Source: Entomortierella parvispora E1425
Lineage: Eukaryota > Fungi > Mortierellomycota
Reading direction: 5' to 3'
DNA length: 64,000 nt
Assembly (NCBI GenBank): GCA_020891255.1
Contig: BQFW01000006.1
Location: 1,860,001-1,924,000 of the forward strand
Below are positions 12,897 through 24,899 of this stretch, piece after piece. A program made the translations under genes and the position numbers. The notes under the pieces are model-generated. The model made no database searches. It was not told where the DNA came from and saw nothing but the letters and a program-made list of their open reading frames with translations. Position 1 is the stretch's first letter. The number at the start of each line of letters is the position of its first letter.

Positions 12897-13703
12897 TTAT
12901 TTTTTATCAGTCTTTCTTTTATCTGATAGCCTGTATGAAAACCAGATAGAAGAGACGAGCAAGACACTAGAAAAGGCGAATGCGAATGACACCAGGTATA
13001 TGGCTGTGGGCATCGTCTCAGAAGTCTTTGAAAAGATCCAGCCATAGAGCAAGGACGAAAAACTCATCACTATTGTGTCCATTATGCAAACGCCCCCTAC
13101 TGCCTTTCCGATCTGGTCCGGCCGGACAATGGTCGTTACCATGGATGCAAATGATGGTATAGCAACGGAGCCTAGCGCTCGAACGAAGGATGCTATAACC
13201 ACAATGGAGTGATTTAGTGCCTGGGCCATTCATTTTTTTTCCCAAGAGCAAACCCATCATGACAATAAATATCGCCATGGCGAACTTACCAACAAAGAGG
13301 ATGAACTCAGTCTTAAAGACGGGTACGATTAAATAGGCCAAGCAATATGCGACCGCACCAAAGATGACAAACGACAGGTCGTTCCGTACACTCGCCAATC
13401 TTTCAGTGGCGCTATCCTTGGTCATTTCAGCGGCGGTCGATTCATCTGAAGCCGTCTGTTCCGACAGATATTGGGATTCCGCAGTTCCCAAATCGAGTCC
13501 AGTGATCTGATCTACGGGTGCTGGTGGGAGAGGCGCGGCCTCGGCGTTGTTGATCTTTACATCTTTTTCTTTGAAATGGTGTGCCTTGAGCTTTTGGAGT
13601 CCAGGAAAGATGACGACATAGACAACAAAGGAAGAACAACCAATGAATGCAAAGTAGAATCCATCTTCGTAGGTGGTCCAGTGGAAAACCAGGTTCTATT
13701 ATG

Positions 13704-13737
<34 letters not shown>

Positions 13738-15279
13738 CAGTTGAGTATCAGTTTAGCACCCTTGGCTCGAAGAATAAATGCACCGCATCAGTCAAGCAAA
13801 AAGGACGACTTACGGTAAATGGGATCGTCATGATGGTCGTTCCACTGAGAGCGAATTGCAATAGTCCATAGATAAGCACCATGACTGCCAAGGTAAATTT
13901 GGATGGCAATAATTTCACACCATCCACTGTCGTATCCACCTTGCCAGGCAAGAATAGCATCAGTGGATCCAAGGCGTCCATGATTCCATTTTGCAATGTC
14001 TTCAGCACCGGGAGTCTTTCTTTCGCGACGACTTCCTCCCCTGATTTTGGCTCAACTTTGCTTCGCAACTCCTTTGGAAACGATTCGGGCATGACCGATG
14101 CGTAAAATGTCAAAAAAATCAGAGTCGCAATAGAAACATACATCGCGGTGCTCTCCTCGTGTGACCAATTGTAGATCATGCTTCCAATGATCGGCCCAAC
14201 CATGATTCCAACGGACAAGGAGACCATCACGTATCCTATGGCGAGACTTCTTCCTTTGGTTGGCGTGCAGTCGGCTATTAGGATTTTGTGTTGATCATTC
14301 GTTCAAAGAAGATAAAGTTAATAATGAGAAAGAGTGTAATTCCGGGCTCTGGAGTCACGATGTTACTTACCGATATAGGCTGTCATTGCAGGATCCAGGA
14401 GCAATCCTCCACCAGATAATCCCATCAAGAGCGCATCCACATAAAGAACCCAGACCCCGAGATTGACTGTTGGGTGAGCCATGTAGATGATCAACACTTG
14501 CGTCAACAAAGCCGGGATCAAAGTCCAGAAGACCAAAGATTTGCGGCCATGTCGATCCGACATGGAGGTATAGAATCCCACAGTAAAGATGGCTAGCAGA
14601 GGAGTTAGAAGGATGACAAAAAGTCAGTACCGAGGCAGACTATCTCCACTCAGAGTAGACAAGGCTGCTGATTCTTACCAGTGACATATTTCAATGATCG
14701 GATACGACTGAGCACCAGAGCTCCATAGGCTTGGACAGGAGCCGCGTTACATGGATTCTCGTCATAACGCCGACGCTCTTCTGTTCTGTTCCGGTTCCAA
14801 AATGAAAAGTCGTAGCTGCTGATGACATCGCTAGGAGTGGTGGTGGTATCGGCGTTGATGTCGATTTCACCCTTGTATCTTGGAATCGACAAGCTACTGA
14901 CGGATGGCAATGTCGTGGTATTCTGTAGATGATCCTTGCAGATGATCTTGATTATCATCTGGTCTTGAGGCGCCTGAGTGACCCCTAGGATGAGAGCCAG
15001 TAAAAACACAAACGGCAGTAGCCACACCAATGATGGTCGCTTGTACCAGGGTAAGGCTTGGATAAAAGCCAATCTAACGGACTCATCCAAAGATGGTGTT
15101 GTGGGCGCGCCTGCTCCTTCTTCTTCTTCTTCTTCTTCTTCTAGATCATGAACGGAGTATGATGTGTTGGGTTGTTTCCGGGGTTGGCTGCTGGAGTGGT
15201 CGTTAGAGTCATGACTGCGAGACGACTGAAGGAGAGGCTGCCGCTCCTGCTCTTGTTCATCTAAATGTTGCGTGACCAT
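12897..15279 (-). CDS. MFS transporter (SLC46/PCFT-like fungal family), paralog 1
   Basis: Exons 15279-14679, 14592-14371, 14274-13814, 13695-13290, 13192-12897. PWYKRPS N-terminal motif, MFS motif A SDRHGRK, ADCTP..GRS, many TM segments, N-terminal acidic dileucine ERQPLL. Confidence 0.85.
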
Positions 15280-15718
15280 TGAAGACAGCTATTGGAGAGA
15301 GAGACAGGGCGACAGTGAGAGTGAGAGTGACTCCAGGGATGGAGGAGGGAGATGAACGAGAGTGAAGGAAGGGAAGAAGGGCAACAGGGGACAATGTATG
15401 GAAGAGCACGCCGCTTTATATCATGATGATTGCTCAGCCAGAGCGCACAAGGTTCGATCACCCTTGGCAATGGACGACCCCCAATTGGCTGGACTCAAAT
15501 GCGCACGCACGCCCAGGGGAGAGGGAAGGTTTGCGACCCAAATTTGGACGGGATGACCGAAAAAAAAAAATTCTCTTGGCACCCTCTTGAGAACTCCCGC
15601 ATTCGTTTGTGCTCTGTATGTACCGTATGTGTAGTTCTTATTCATGAAGAAGAAGAAGAGAGAGGGGTGGGTTTTAATTGCACTCTGTGGGAAGTCTATG
15701 TATAATTGCGTGTGTTAT

Positions 15719-17628
15719 TTACGCCATTCGTCCCGCTGTCTTTCTGTTGGGGCGATGGAAAAATGTCCACACGGGCATGACCACCAGTCCAGCGGTAATC
15801 ATTAGGGACAAAGAAAGGAAATAGTAGGCTTGCGGGGTCGTGCTGGACGTCTTGGCAAAGATCTGGCCGTATGAAAGCACGGCCGCAGTGGAGGCTATAG
15901 AATCGATAACGGATAGAGCCCCCATGACCATCCCTGTATGGTCTGCAGGCATGATGGTCGTGATCACCGACATTCCAGAAGTTGCCCCGATGCTTCCAAG
16001 GATGGTCATGATCTCCGAAGTCACCAAGGTGGACACAGTCAAGAAGATAGGAAAGATGGAGAATCCGATGGCGATAATGGCTAGCCCGTACAAGTAGAAG
16101 GAGATGTCCATCTTCAGAGCTCTGATGGTCGAATTTGATGGCGCAGGGTCTACATCTTCTGTCGTAGGAACAGCACTGAAGGATGTTTCTCCGCTTCCAG
16201 TTGAAGAACTTTCCTCGATATTGTAGCGACTCTTGTAGGCTTTCTGAAGCAAAGGAAAGATCACAATGAATGTCACAGTTGTGACGATACCCATTCCGGA
16301 GAGGAAGATGCCATCCTCATACGCACCCCAATGAAAGAGCAGATTCGTCATAGGGTAAAAGTTGGACGACTGGCCTATTGCGACAAAATGTATGATGACC
16401 TTGGCCAGGAGCAGAAGGGAGGGTATGTACTTGGAGGGCATTCGCTCCGATACAACCACGTTATTTGGCAAGAACATCTTGAAGGGCTTGAAGATGGAGA
16501 GGGCTGATTGCTTAATTGTCTCCGCAACCCTGAGGAGGGTCGAACCAGACTTTGGAACTGCTCCATGGACAAGGCCCGGTACCATGTTCTGGGAAGAGTT
16601 GCGCGCCTTAGGCTTGAGGGACTCAGGAATGAAAAGCAGCAACATATAGAGTAAGGCAAACAAGACAACCACGATCCAGAGAGCTGTCGTCAGTTGTTCT
16701 GTGACCTTGGTGGTGTAGCCACCGAGGAACGGGCCGATAATACCACCCATGGAAAAAGCTGAAAGGGTCAGCCCAATTTGCATGCTTCGAGTAAGAGCCG
16801 GAGTGCAGTCAGCTATGAAGGCGATGAAGGAGAGAAGTATACCGATTATTATTTTTAATTGCTCCGGGTCTTTGGGCTTTCCAAGCGTCTGTCCAGTAGG
16901 ATGACTTACCAACATAGGCAAGAACCGCTGGGTTATAGAGATGACCCGTGGCCGTGGCCCCTTGGAAAACGCCGCCGATAGTGAGAAGAGTGGTTCCACT
17001 CAGGTTGCGTGGTGCGGCCGCGTAAAGTTGAATACAAGTTGCTATGATAGATACCAGAACGGACCATCGCAGCAAAAAGACGCGTCCGTACTTGTCGCTG
17101 AGAGACGTCCACCAGGTCAGGGTCATTAATGCTGATGGAGGTGTGTGAAGCGCGAGTTAGAAACCTCTTGAACACCGAATGCAAGAAAAAAAAGTTGACG
17201 TCCAGAATAAACATACAAATGATGCCTTCGGTGGCCTGAATACGACTTAGAATAACAGCAACTTGAGCAAGAACCTCGGGTGTTTTGCACAAGTCCTCTT
17301 CGTCTGAAAAGGAGAGTGAACTAGGAATGATCGGTGGTGTAGCATTCACAATGTCTCTGCAGATGATACGGATTCTGAGCTGAGCAGTGGGGCTGCCTTC
17401 AAAGCCAGCAGTGATGGCAAGAAAGAACAAAAATGGACACAGCCAGTAGATTGAAGGGCGACGGTACCACGGGCGACGAGCCAATTCTGCCATCCAAACA
17501 TCCTCGGCCTCATCGGCAGACAAGGGAGAAGGGATCTCTTGCTCTGGCGTTTCGTCCGTGTAGCTGCGGGAATCGTCAGACTCGAGTAATGGCTCCTGTT
17601 CTGGAGAATGAGAGTAGGAGGTCGACAT
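15719..17628 (-). CDS. MFS transporter, tandem paralog 2
   Basis: Exons 17628-17217, 17131-16910, 16812-15719. PWYRRPS, SDKYGR, ADCTP, N-terminal EQEPLL. Confidence 0.85.
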
Positions 17629-18437
17629 ATGGTGGCCTTGAAAATATAGAAACAGGAACAAGAACGGTAGTAAGAGAAATGCAATTGAGCAACACAGATA
17701 GAGAAAAAAAAGAGAGCAAGGAAAGAACCTCGTTATATACATAAAGACGGCAGTATACGAGAATTCACTAAGTTCGAAGAAAGGGCTGGCCCACGCCAAG
17801 CCAAGGTTTATTTGTTCGCGACGCTCTCACCTGCCAAGACTGAATGGGCAAAGGGAATGGACTCAGAGTGAATGGACTCAGAGTGGCGCCCTTGGCGCAC
17901 AAAAACGCAGTGGTGAGCGAGCTTTGGGCAATTGTTACTCGTCTGCTGATGCTCCCCGAGCCTTCAACACCAGAACTATCGCGTCTATCCCGCGCCCACA
18001 ACATTCAAGACAAGCCAATGTCGACATCACCGCGCCAAGTGCACTGCCCCAACCAACAACCGATCGCGCAGATCGTTGCCCAATTTAGAGTCATCACGTC
18101 GTCAAGAAAAGTGAAGAAAAAGGAAAAAAACGCCACCAACTCTAGCACAATGACGAAGGGATCGGTGGATTGGTCAAAAGTCCTTGATTGTGCCGAGGAT
18201 AACTGGTAGCCAGCTGGCTGGCATGTTTAGCTGAGCAAAGGAGACTTTCTTCGCTTGAAAGAACAAATCATGCAACAGAGAAGAGTTACACAAGACGAAC
18301 CCATCTGGGCCGAAGGCAGTAGAGGAGCCGAAGGGGTAGAGAAAATTGAATCTCGTTACATTTCCTGGCCATCTTTCTCTCTTCATCTCCATTCCACTCA
18401 ATTGCCATTACCTTTCTCACACTCTCTACAAGGACAA

Positions 18438-20737
18438 ATGACTCTTCTCAACAAAACAACGACGGGCGTTGCTGCGATTACCGCAGGTGCAGCTGTGTAC
18501 ATCAACAAGAAGCGGAACGAAGAGCCACTCCGTGGACCGTGGGATTCGAGCAAGGATGCCAATGTAAACTACGACTTTGTTATCCTCGGTGGAGGTACGG
18601 CCGGCTGTGTCCTTGCCTCTCGACTGGCTGAGGACCCCAAGGTCAGCATCCTGGTCCTTGAAGCTGGCTACTGTAAGTTTCCGTAACAGGTACCTTGTCG
18701 CAAGTCGCTACATCATCTTACTCCACGGGCTGAATATTAACTTTGGCTTCGTTGTGGAGAAATAGCTGATAATATTTCGCAGAGTATGACACCAGCTCTC
18801 GCAAGTCAGCTATGGGGCTCAGATAAGGACTGGAATTTGACCACAGTCCCTCAAGTCCATGCCATGGGACGAGTCATGCATCAGCCCAGAGGCAAACTTC
18901 TTGTAGGTTACGAGACTTGTGGATTGCTACTCTCAGGGTCGCCCTTTGTTTCGACCGCATCACTCACTCTTTTTTTTTTTTTTTTTATTGGTTCGCTCCA
19001 GGGGGGATCCAGGTATATCAAAACTTGTGAACAAAGAACCTGTAAAAAAACTCGAAGGAGAAATGGCGTCCCTCTAACTTTCCTCCCTCCTTTTGTGCAG
19101 CTCCGTAAACGCCATGATGTACCACCGTGGAGCAGCCTCTGATTTTGATGAGTGGGAACTCCTTGGGAATCCTGGCTGGTCTTATAAGGACTGCCTTCAC
19201 TACTTCAAAAAAGCTGAAGGACTGAACGACCCTCGTCTTCCTGTCGATCATCCTAGAGGACCTTTGACCAAACGCATCCGAAAACCCCAGTATGAAGAAT
19301 TTGAACCCGAGTTCCATTCTGAAACTGGGCCGTGGCAGATCACCTACCATCACCTTTTCGGCTCTTCTGAGGGATTCATTCGTGCCAGTATGGCTGAGGG
19401 CGTCCCTTTCAACAAGGATTTCAATGGCTCCAGTACAATTGGAACCAATCGTGTCCAGACCTTTATCCAGCGAGATGCTATTCGTAGCAGCGCTGCTCGT
19501 GCCTACCTTGGTCCAGGCCAGTTCTTGAATGAAGATGGAACCCCCAGAGCCGACCGTGGACGCGTCAGGATTGTCTATGGAGCCAATATCGTTCGCATTC
19601 TGGTGCAGATGCGACGTGGCGTTAAGGTCGCCGTTGGTGCCGAGTTTTTGGATTCAAACCGAGGTAGGTCATCGTTCACCTTTCTTAAACGTAACGATTT
19701 TCTGGTTTTCTCAATTATTATTTTTTTTTTTTTTTGTTCCTTTTTCATATACCGCGATAGAAATGCACACTGTCACCGCAGTGAAAGAGGTCCTTCTCTG
19801 TGCTGGAGCCTTTGGATCCCCTCATATTCTCTTGGCCTCTGGAATTGGCCCTTCTCCCCACAAATCGATTCCTCACATCCACACGCTGGCAGGTGTGGGT
19901 CGTAACCTCCAAGATCACTTGGGGGTTCCCATCAACTTTTTGGCTTCCCCCGACAGCCATACGGTCTCTCGAAAGCTTAGTCGAGTCCCCGGTATCCTCT
20001 ACGACTATAATGTGAACCGCACTGGATCACTCACTACACAAGGAGCTGAGGCTGTTATCTTTATACGATTGGAAGAGATGGCCCCAGAATTTGTAGCTCG
20101 CGAAAAAGCGAATGGCACCTGGCAAGATCGAGCCAGCGGACCGTCTGCGCCTCATGTTGAGATCCTTTTCGCACCCGCATTCATCCGCCATCACACCAGA
20201 GAGAAGGCTCCCGACAGTGAGAACTACTACAGCTTGATTGGACTGCTCCTGAACCCGGTTTCCGAGGGAACAGTGACAATCTCGGACGAAGTGAAGGGAG
20301 GTCGATTGGAGACCTTGATTGATCCTAACTACTTTTCGGACGACTTTGATACCCGTGTGATGGTCGAATGTGTGCGTTACATGCGGAAGATTGGTGAGAG
20401 GATGCGCCTGGACCCTGCCTGTGGAGGAGTAGAGATCTGCCCTGGAACAGACAAAGTCCCCTCCGATGACGACGCCAAGTTGCAGGACTATGTCAAGATG
20501 CACAGCTCTATTTACTACCACCCGACATCGACTTGCAGGATGGGACCCGCCTCGGACCCTCTGGCAGTCGTAGACGCACGGCTGAACGTTTATGGCATTG
20601 ATCGTCTTCGTATTGTGGATGCCAGCATTGCGCCAAAGCTTCCCGCGGCCCATACCTGCGCCATGTCGGTTATGATTGGAGAGAAGGCAGCAGACATGAT
20701 CAAAGAAGACTGGAAAGAGGTCCCTGCTAAGCTCTGA
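18438..20737 (+). CDS. GMC oxidoreductase (FAD-dependent alcohol oxidase/dehydrogenase family), paralog 1
   Basis: Exons from 18438-18672 through an 11-nt exon (19002-19012), 19101-19663 and 19761-20737. Motifs [58 protein letters not shown]. Confidence 0.92.
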
Positions 20738-20925
20738 GATATTCATCTGGTACCATTTGCCCCACATAAGCACATTGCATCCAATTGATTGAAAGAAAAA
20801 AAAAGAAAAAAGTTGATGCTGAAAACATTGTCTTTATGCAATTGTTGAAATGATGATGGTATAAAAGTACAAGAGGGATGAGGGTTTCTAGGTATATAGG
20901 GGCACTTGCAATGTCAGTCTACCCT

Positions 20926-22506
20926 TTACTTGTGAGGCGAGTAGATGATCAAGGCAAAGAGAAGACCGGAGACGGTTCCGGCAGCAGGCAGGGTGAAGAT
21001 CCAGGAAGAGGCAATCATGCCCAAGATCTTCCAATTGATGGACTTGACACCACCACCACTGCAGAGACCGACCGAAGTTGTGGCACCGGTGATACAGTGG
21101 GTGGTCGAAACAGGCAAGCCAAGCTTGGAGCAGGTCAAGACGGTCAAGGAGGTACCGAGAGACAGGGAGAAACCTCTGCTGGGGGAGACGTAGCAGATGT
21201 TGTTTCCCAGAGTGGCCATAACCTTGTAACCGTAGGTCAAGAGACCAATATCAATTGCAATGCCTCCATAAGCCAAGATCCAGACGGGGACTGGGGCAGA
21301 GCCACTGATATCGACTTCGGCGTGCTTCCAAACATAGTAGATGGTGGTCAAGGGTCCAATGGCGTTGGCGACATCGTTCGATCCGTGAGCAAAGGAGGCG
21401 AAACAAGCTGTAAGGACCTGCAAAGTACAGAAGAGCTGCTCGGTCTTGGAGTCATAACGGGTCGAGTTGTCATGGATATTGTCAACGGCCTCTGAGCTCT
21501 TGGTGATATCCTGGTTCAATCCAGCAAAGGCCTTGTTCTTCAACTTCTGGAGCAAGTTCTTAAACTTCTGGAGAATGGTCGAGGGCTTATCAGGGGTGTC
21601 GTCCAAGGCAGCCAAACCGCTGTTGACAGAGCCGTCAGCATTCTCGATACCACTGTCAATCATCTTGCCGTCCTTCTCGCAGGCAATCTCCTCGAGGTTT
21701 TCGGCGTCCTTGGAGCGGGTAGAGACAGCACGAACGTAGAAAGAGTGGTACCACTTGAGAGGCTCCTCACCCTCGAGCTTGCGGCGGAGGTAGACCTTGA
21801 GGAAGAAGTTGCACCAGAGGAAGACCACGACCGAGATACCGAGCGAGATACCAATGATAGCGCCAAGGGGTAGCGACGACAAGCTCAAACCAGGAGAACC
21901 CTTGAAGATGATGTAGAAAACGTTGATGAAAATGGTGATGGCAAAGTAGAAGGGAATGGCGGTCAATCCACGCTTGAGCGAGTCCTTGTGCTTCAAGATA
22001 AAGAAGCGAGTGATCGTGAAGATGATGGCGGTGACCAAACCGGCGGCCAAAGGTGAAATGATCCAGGACAAAACAATCTTGCCCACTTCGGCCCACTTGA
22101 CGGCGCTGAAACCAAATCCAGCGATACCGGCACCAGTGATGGCGCCAACGATGGAGTGAGTGGTTGAGACGGGGAGACCACGAGAAGAGGCAAAGAGTAC
22201 CCAAGAGGAAGAGCCAACCAAAGCGCAGACCATGGCCAACATCAAAAGCTCGGGTTTGTCACCAAAGAGCTTGACGTCGATCAAACCGCCCTTGATGGTA
22301 TCGGCAGTCGAGGAGCCCATGAGGAAAGCGCCCAGGAACTCACAGACAGAGGCAATCAGGACAGCCTGCTTCAAGTTCAGGGCACCGGAACCGACAGCGG
22401 CACCGAAACTGTTACTAACATCGTTTGCTCCGATACCGAACGAGTCCATGAAGGCAAAGATCATGCCCAGGGCAAAGAGAAACGTGTAATCACCGACGTT
22501 CATCAT
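20926..22506 (-). CDS. PHO89: Sodium/phosphate symporter, PiT/PHO4 family (Pho89-like)
   Basis: Intronless ORF with both PiT signatures, GIGANDVSNSFG and FAHGSNDVANAIGP, and two PVSTTH motifs. Strong C-ending codon bias. Confidence 0.95.
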   Translation of the reverse strand: MMNVGDYTFLFALGMIFAFMDSFGIGANDVSNSFGAAVGSGALNLKQAVLIASVCEFLGAFLMGSSTADTIKGGLIDVKLFGDKPELLMLAMVCALVGSSSWVLFASSRGLPVSTTHSIVGAITGAGIAGFGFSAVKWAEVGKIVLSWIISPLAAGLVTAIIFTITRFFILKHKDSLKRGLTAIPFYFAITIFINVFYIIFKGSPGLSLSSLPLGAIIGISLGISVVVFLWCNFFLKVYLRRKLEGEEPLKWYHSFYVRAVSTRSKDAENLEEIACEKDGKMIDSGIENADGSVNSGLAALDDTPDKPSTILQKFKNLLQKLKNKAFAGLNQDITKSSEAVDNIHDNSTRYDSKTEQLFCTLQVLTACFASFAHGSNDVANAIGPLTTIYYVWKHAEVDISGSAPVPVWILAYGGIAIDIGLLTYGYKVMATLGNNICYVSPSRGFSLSLGTSLTVLTCSKLGLPVSTTHCITGATTSVGLCSGGGVKSINWKILGMIASSWIFTLPAAGTVSGLLFALIIYSPHK

Positions 22507-23721
22507 TGTGAAGGGATGTTGCGATGAGTTGGCGGGAAAGAGGGAGGAAGAAAGATGAAAGGAGACGAAGAGTGAAGTTTTTTTTTTCCTCTCAAACACC
22601 TGTTGTATTTATATTAGATCTGGCTTACCAGGGAACAATACAACAGAAGGACTTTGGATGATCCATCGGTTGCCATCTCCACGCTCCGCAAGACACTCTG
22701 GTGAAGCTTCCTTCCCATGGTTCTGTGGCGCTGACTACCAAAAAAAACCTCCTATCAAAGTAGGCTGGCAGATCTGGGTCAGGAACCACGGACCAGGTTG
22801 CTGTGGCACATTGCTCAAACACCTCACACGATCAATTACCAGGGACAGAGACATTGCGAGCCACGCAGCCAATCAGTCTCAGCACAAGTAACATGCGGTC
22901 GATTCGTTGGCGGAGGCGAGAATCCTGGCGGGCAATCAAGCGAGCTGACGGGGCCTTCGAGGCAGGCCAAGCGGGATTCAGGGACTGTGTACGTGATCAT
23001 CATACTACGTACGGGCTATTTTTCTTCGTTTTTTTCTGGCTTGAGACCATTTGGAATTCTTGTCTTTCTGCAACGTTTTGGGCAGCTTCTGTTCTTATTT
23101 GCCTTCTTCCAAGTGAAGCCGAGAATGAACCCACATGGGGACCATCCTCAACGCTCGTTCGGTAAGCCCTTTTGCTTGTTTTATTATCTGAACAAAAAAA
23201 ACGGCACTTTTTGTCCTACACGGCGACATCACACGAGTGGACATGTTTGCTATGAATGGGCGATCACAGCCGGTAGAGAGAGAGACACACACTTAACTCT
23301 GCCAGTAGTGTTGGTAAGCGATCGTGCCCGCGTGAGGAACTGTGAGCCCCACAAGGACGAATTGAGTCTCCTTCCCCGATCTGTGCCATCTATCTTGGAA
23401 CATTTCTGACACGAAAAATCTTTCCGAAAGTCTTGCATGGGAAAAATCTTTTTACCTGTCTGTTGAGGAATTGCGCTGGCTTGACGCGATCGCAGCCCTC
23501 GGTATCGTTGACCCCGTCTAACTATAGGATCAGCAAAAACCTTCGCGTGTATTCTTGGCAAAGTCATCCCTAGCCATGCAAAACGAGCTGTTTGTCTTCT
23601 ATTTCTTGTCCTCAGACATTTCGTGTTTGTTGACTTGCATATCGGCTGTGGGGGTTGTTACGCGACGAGGAGTGAGCGCGACGTACAGTGCAGTGCGGGG
23701 GGAGGGTCCTTTGCCGATCCC

Positions 23722-23727
23722 TATAAA
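23722..23727 (+). promoter_or_regulatory. TATA box of the secreted protein gene
   Basis: CTATAAAT about 75 bp upstream of ATG 23801. Confidence 0.5.
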
Positions 23728-23800
23728 TCATTACCCCTCCTCCACACCAAAGGAGCAAAGTTTTTTTTTTCTCCAACACTTCCCTCTACAATCAATTGCC

Positions 23801-24622
23801 ATGAAATTCACAGTCCTTTTGTCAGTCACTGCCTTGATGGCCATGGCTGCGGCTCAATCCGCCGATGTCACTGCTGAACCATCTTTGGATGTCAACTACG
23901 CTGACCCCGGCGTGGATGACTCGATCTCCACTCCCATTAACTATGACTACAACGATATCATTGACCAACCCTCGAACGAGATGCCTGATGACGAGAACCT
24001 CAACAACGATGTCAACGACGACATCGATAACAATTACGACGATGATACCGACAACAACTACGACAGGGACGACAGTACAGACCATGACAAGAAGCATGGA
24101 AGCAAGAAATCTCAATTCATCGCCTGGTCCTCTCCCGATTACAAGGGTCACAAACAGCGGACAAAAAATACCAAGGGATGCTATCGTCTGGACGGTGGTG
24201 CTGTCGGTAGTTTCGAGGGGAGCTCCAAGGTTCAGTATGGGTTCTACAAGGACGATCGCTGTCGCGGCCAGTTCCTATTTGGGGCTAGCTATGCTCCTGT
24301 GAAGAAAATTGACCCTGTCATCTACCCTCGCTCTGTCAAGATGTTTGTTACCGAGGGCGGAGACGGCACTCCTTCGCGTCCTGACCCCTCTCGCTTTAGT
24401 TTGGTTGCTTGGTCGAGACCAAAGTTTTACGGTGATAAGCAATTGGTTCGTGGTATGGGATGCCAGGCCATGGATGGAAGCGATGTATACTCATTCCAAG
24501 GAGAATACAAGTACAAGTTCTATGCCAACCAGCACTGCTCTGGCCGCAAGGTCTTGGAAACAAAAGGTGGCAAGAGCAGCATTCGTAAGATTAACCCACG
24601 CTCGGTTTACATATACAAGTAA
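23801..24622 (+). CDS. Secreted protein: signal peptide, Asp/Asn-rich pro-region, two tandem ~75-aa basic repeats (beta/gamma-crystallin-like by pattern)
   Basis: Intronless, 273 aa. Signal peptide MKFTVLLSVTALMAMAAA. Repeats share WS.P.(Y/F).G.KQ, GC..(L/M)DG..V.SF.G, FY....C.G and PRSV. Confidence 0.75.
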   Translation: MKFTVLLSVTALMAMAAAQSADVTAEPSLDVNYADPGVDDSISTPINYDYNDIIDQPSNEMPDDENLNNDVNDDIDNNYDDDTDNNYDRDDSTDHDKKHGSKKSQFIAWSSPDYKGHKQRTKNTKGCYRLDGGAVGSFEGSSKVQYGFYKDDRCRGQFLFGASYAPVKKIDPVIYPRSVKMFVTEGGDGTPSRPDPSRFSLVAWSRPKFYGDKQLVRGMGCQAMDGSDVYSFQGEYKYKFYANQHCSGRKVLETKGGKSSIRKINPRSVYIYK

Positions 24623-24899
24623 ATGATCCTCAAAGTGATGTAAATTCCTCCTTATCCACTCAAATAGTCTATATCTGACAGAGAACTTAAGAATGGAACA
24701 TGCTTCTGTGGGGAGGTTGAGAAAGATGAGGTCTTCCAAAGATTTGAACCCAACCCTTTTTTTTTTTTTTTGGTGGCAAATATGTGTGATCACGTGATGA
24801 TAATTTGCCAAGAGAGTCCGAGAGAATGCATGCATCAAATGCTCCATCACCTTTGCTTTCTGTCATTTCATTCAAGCCCTCGAGCAAATCAGGACCACA

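Noticed and set aside
13704-13735. A32 tracts (also 26253-26284) as possible retro-element poly(A) tails
   Set aside because: Both lie inside introns, have no target-site duplications or element body, and similar homopolymers occur throughout the window.
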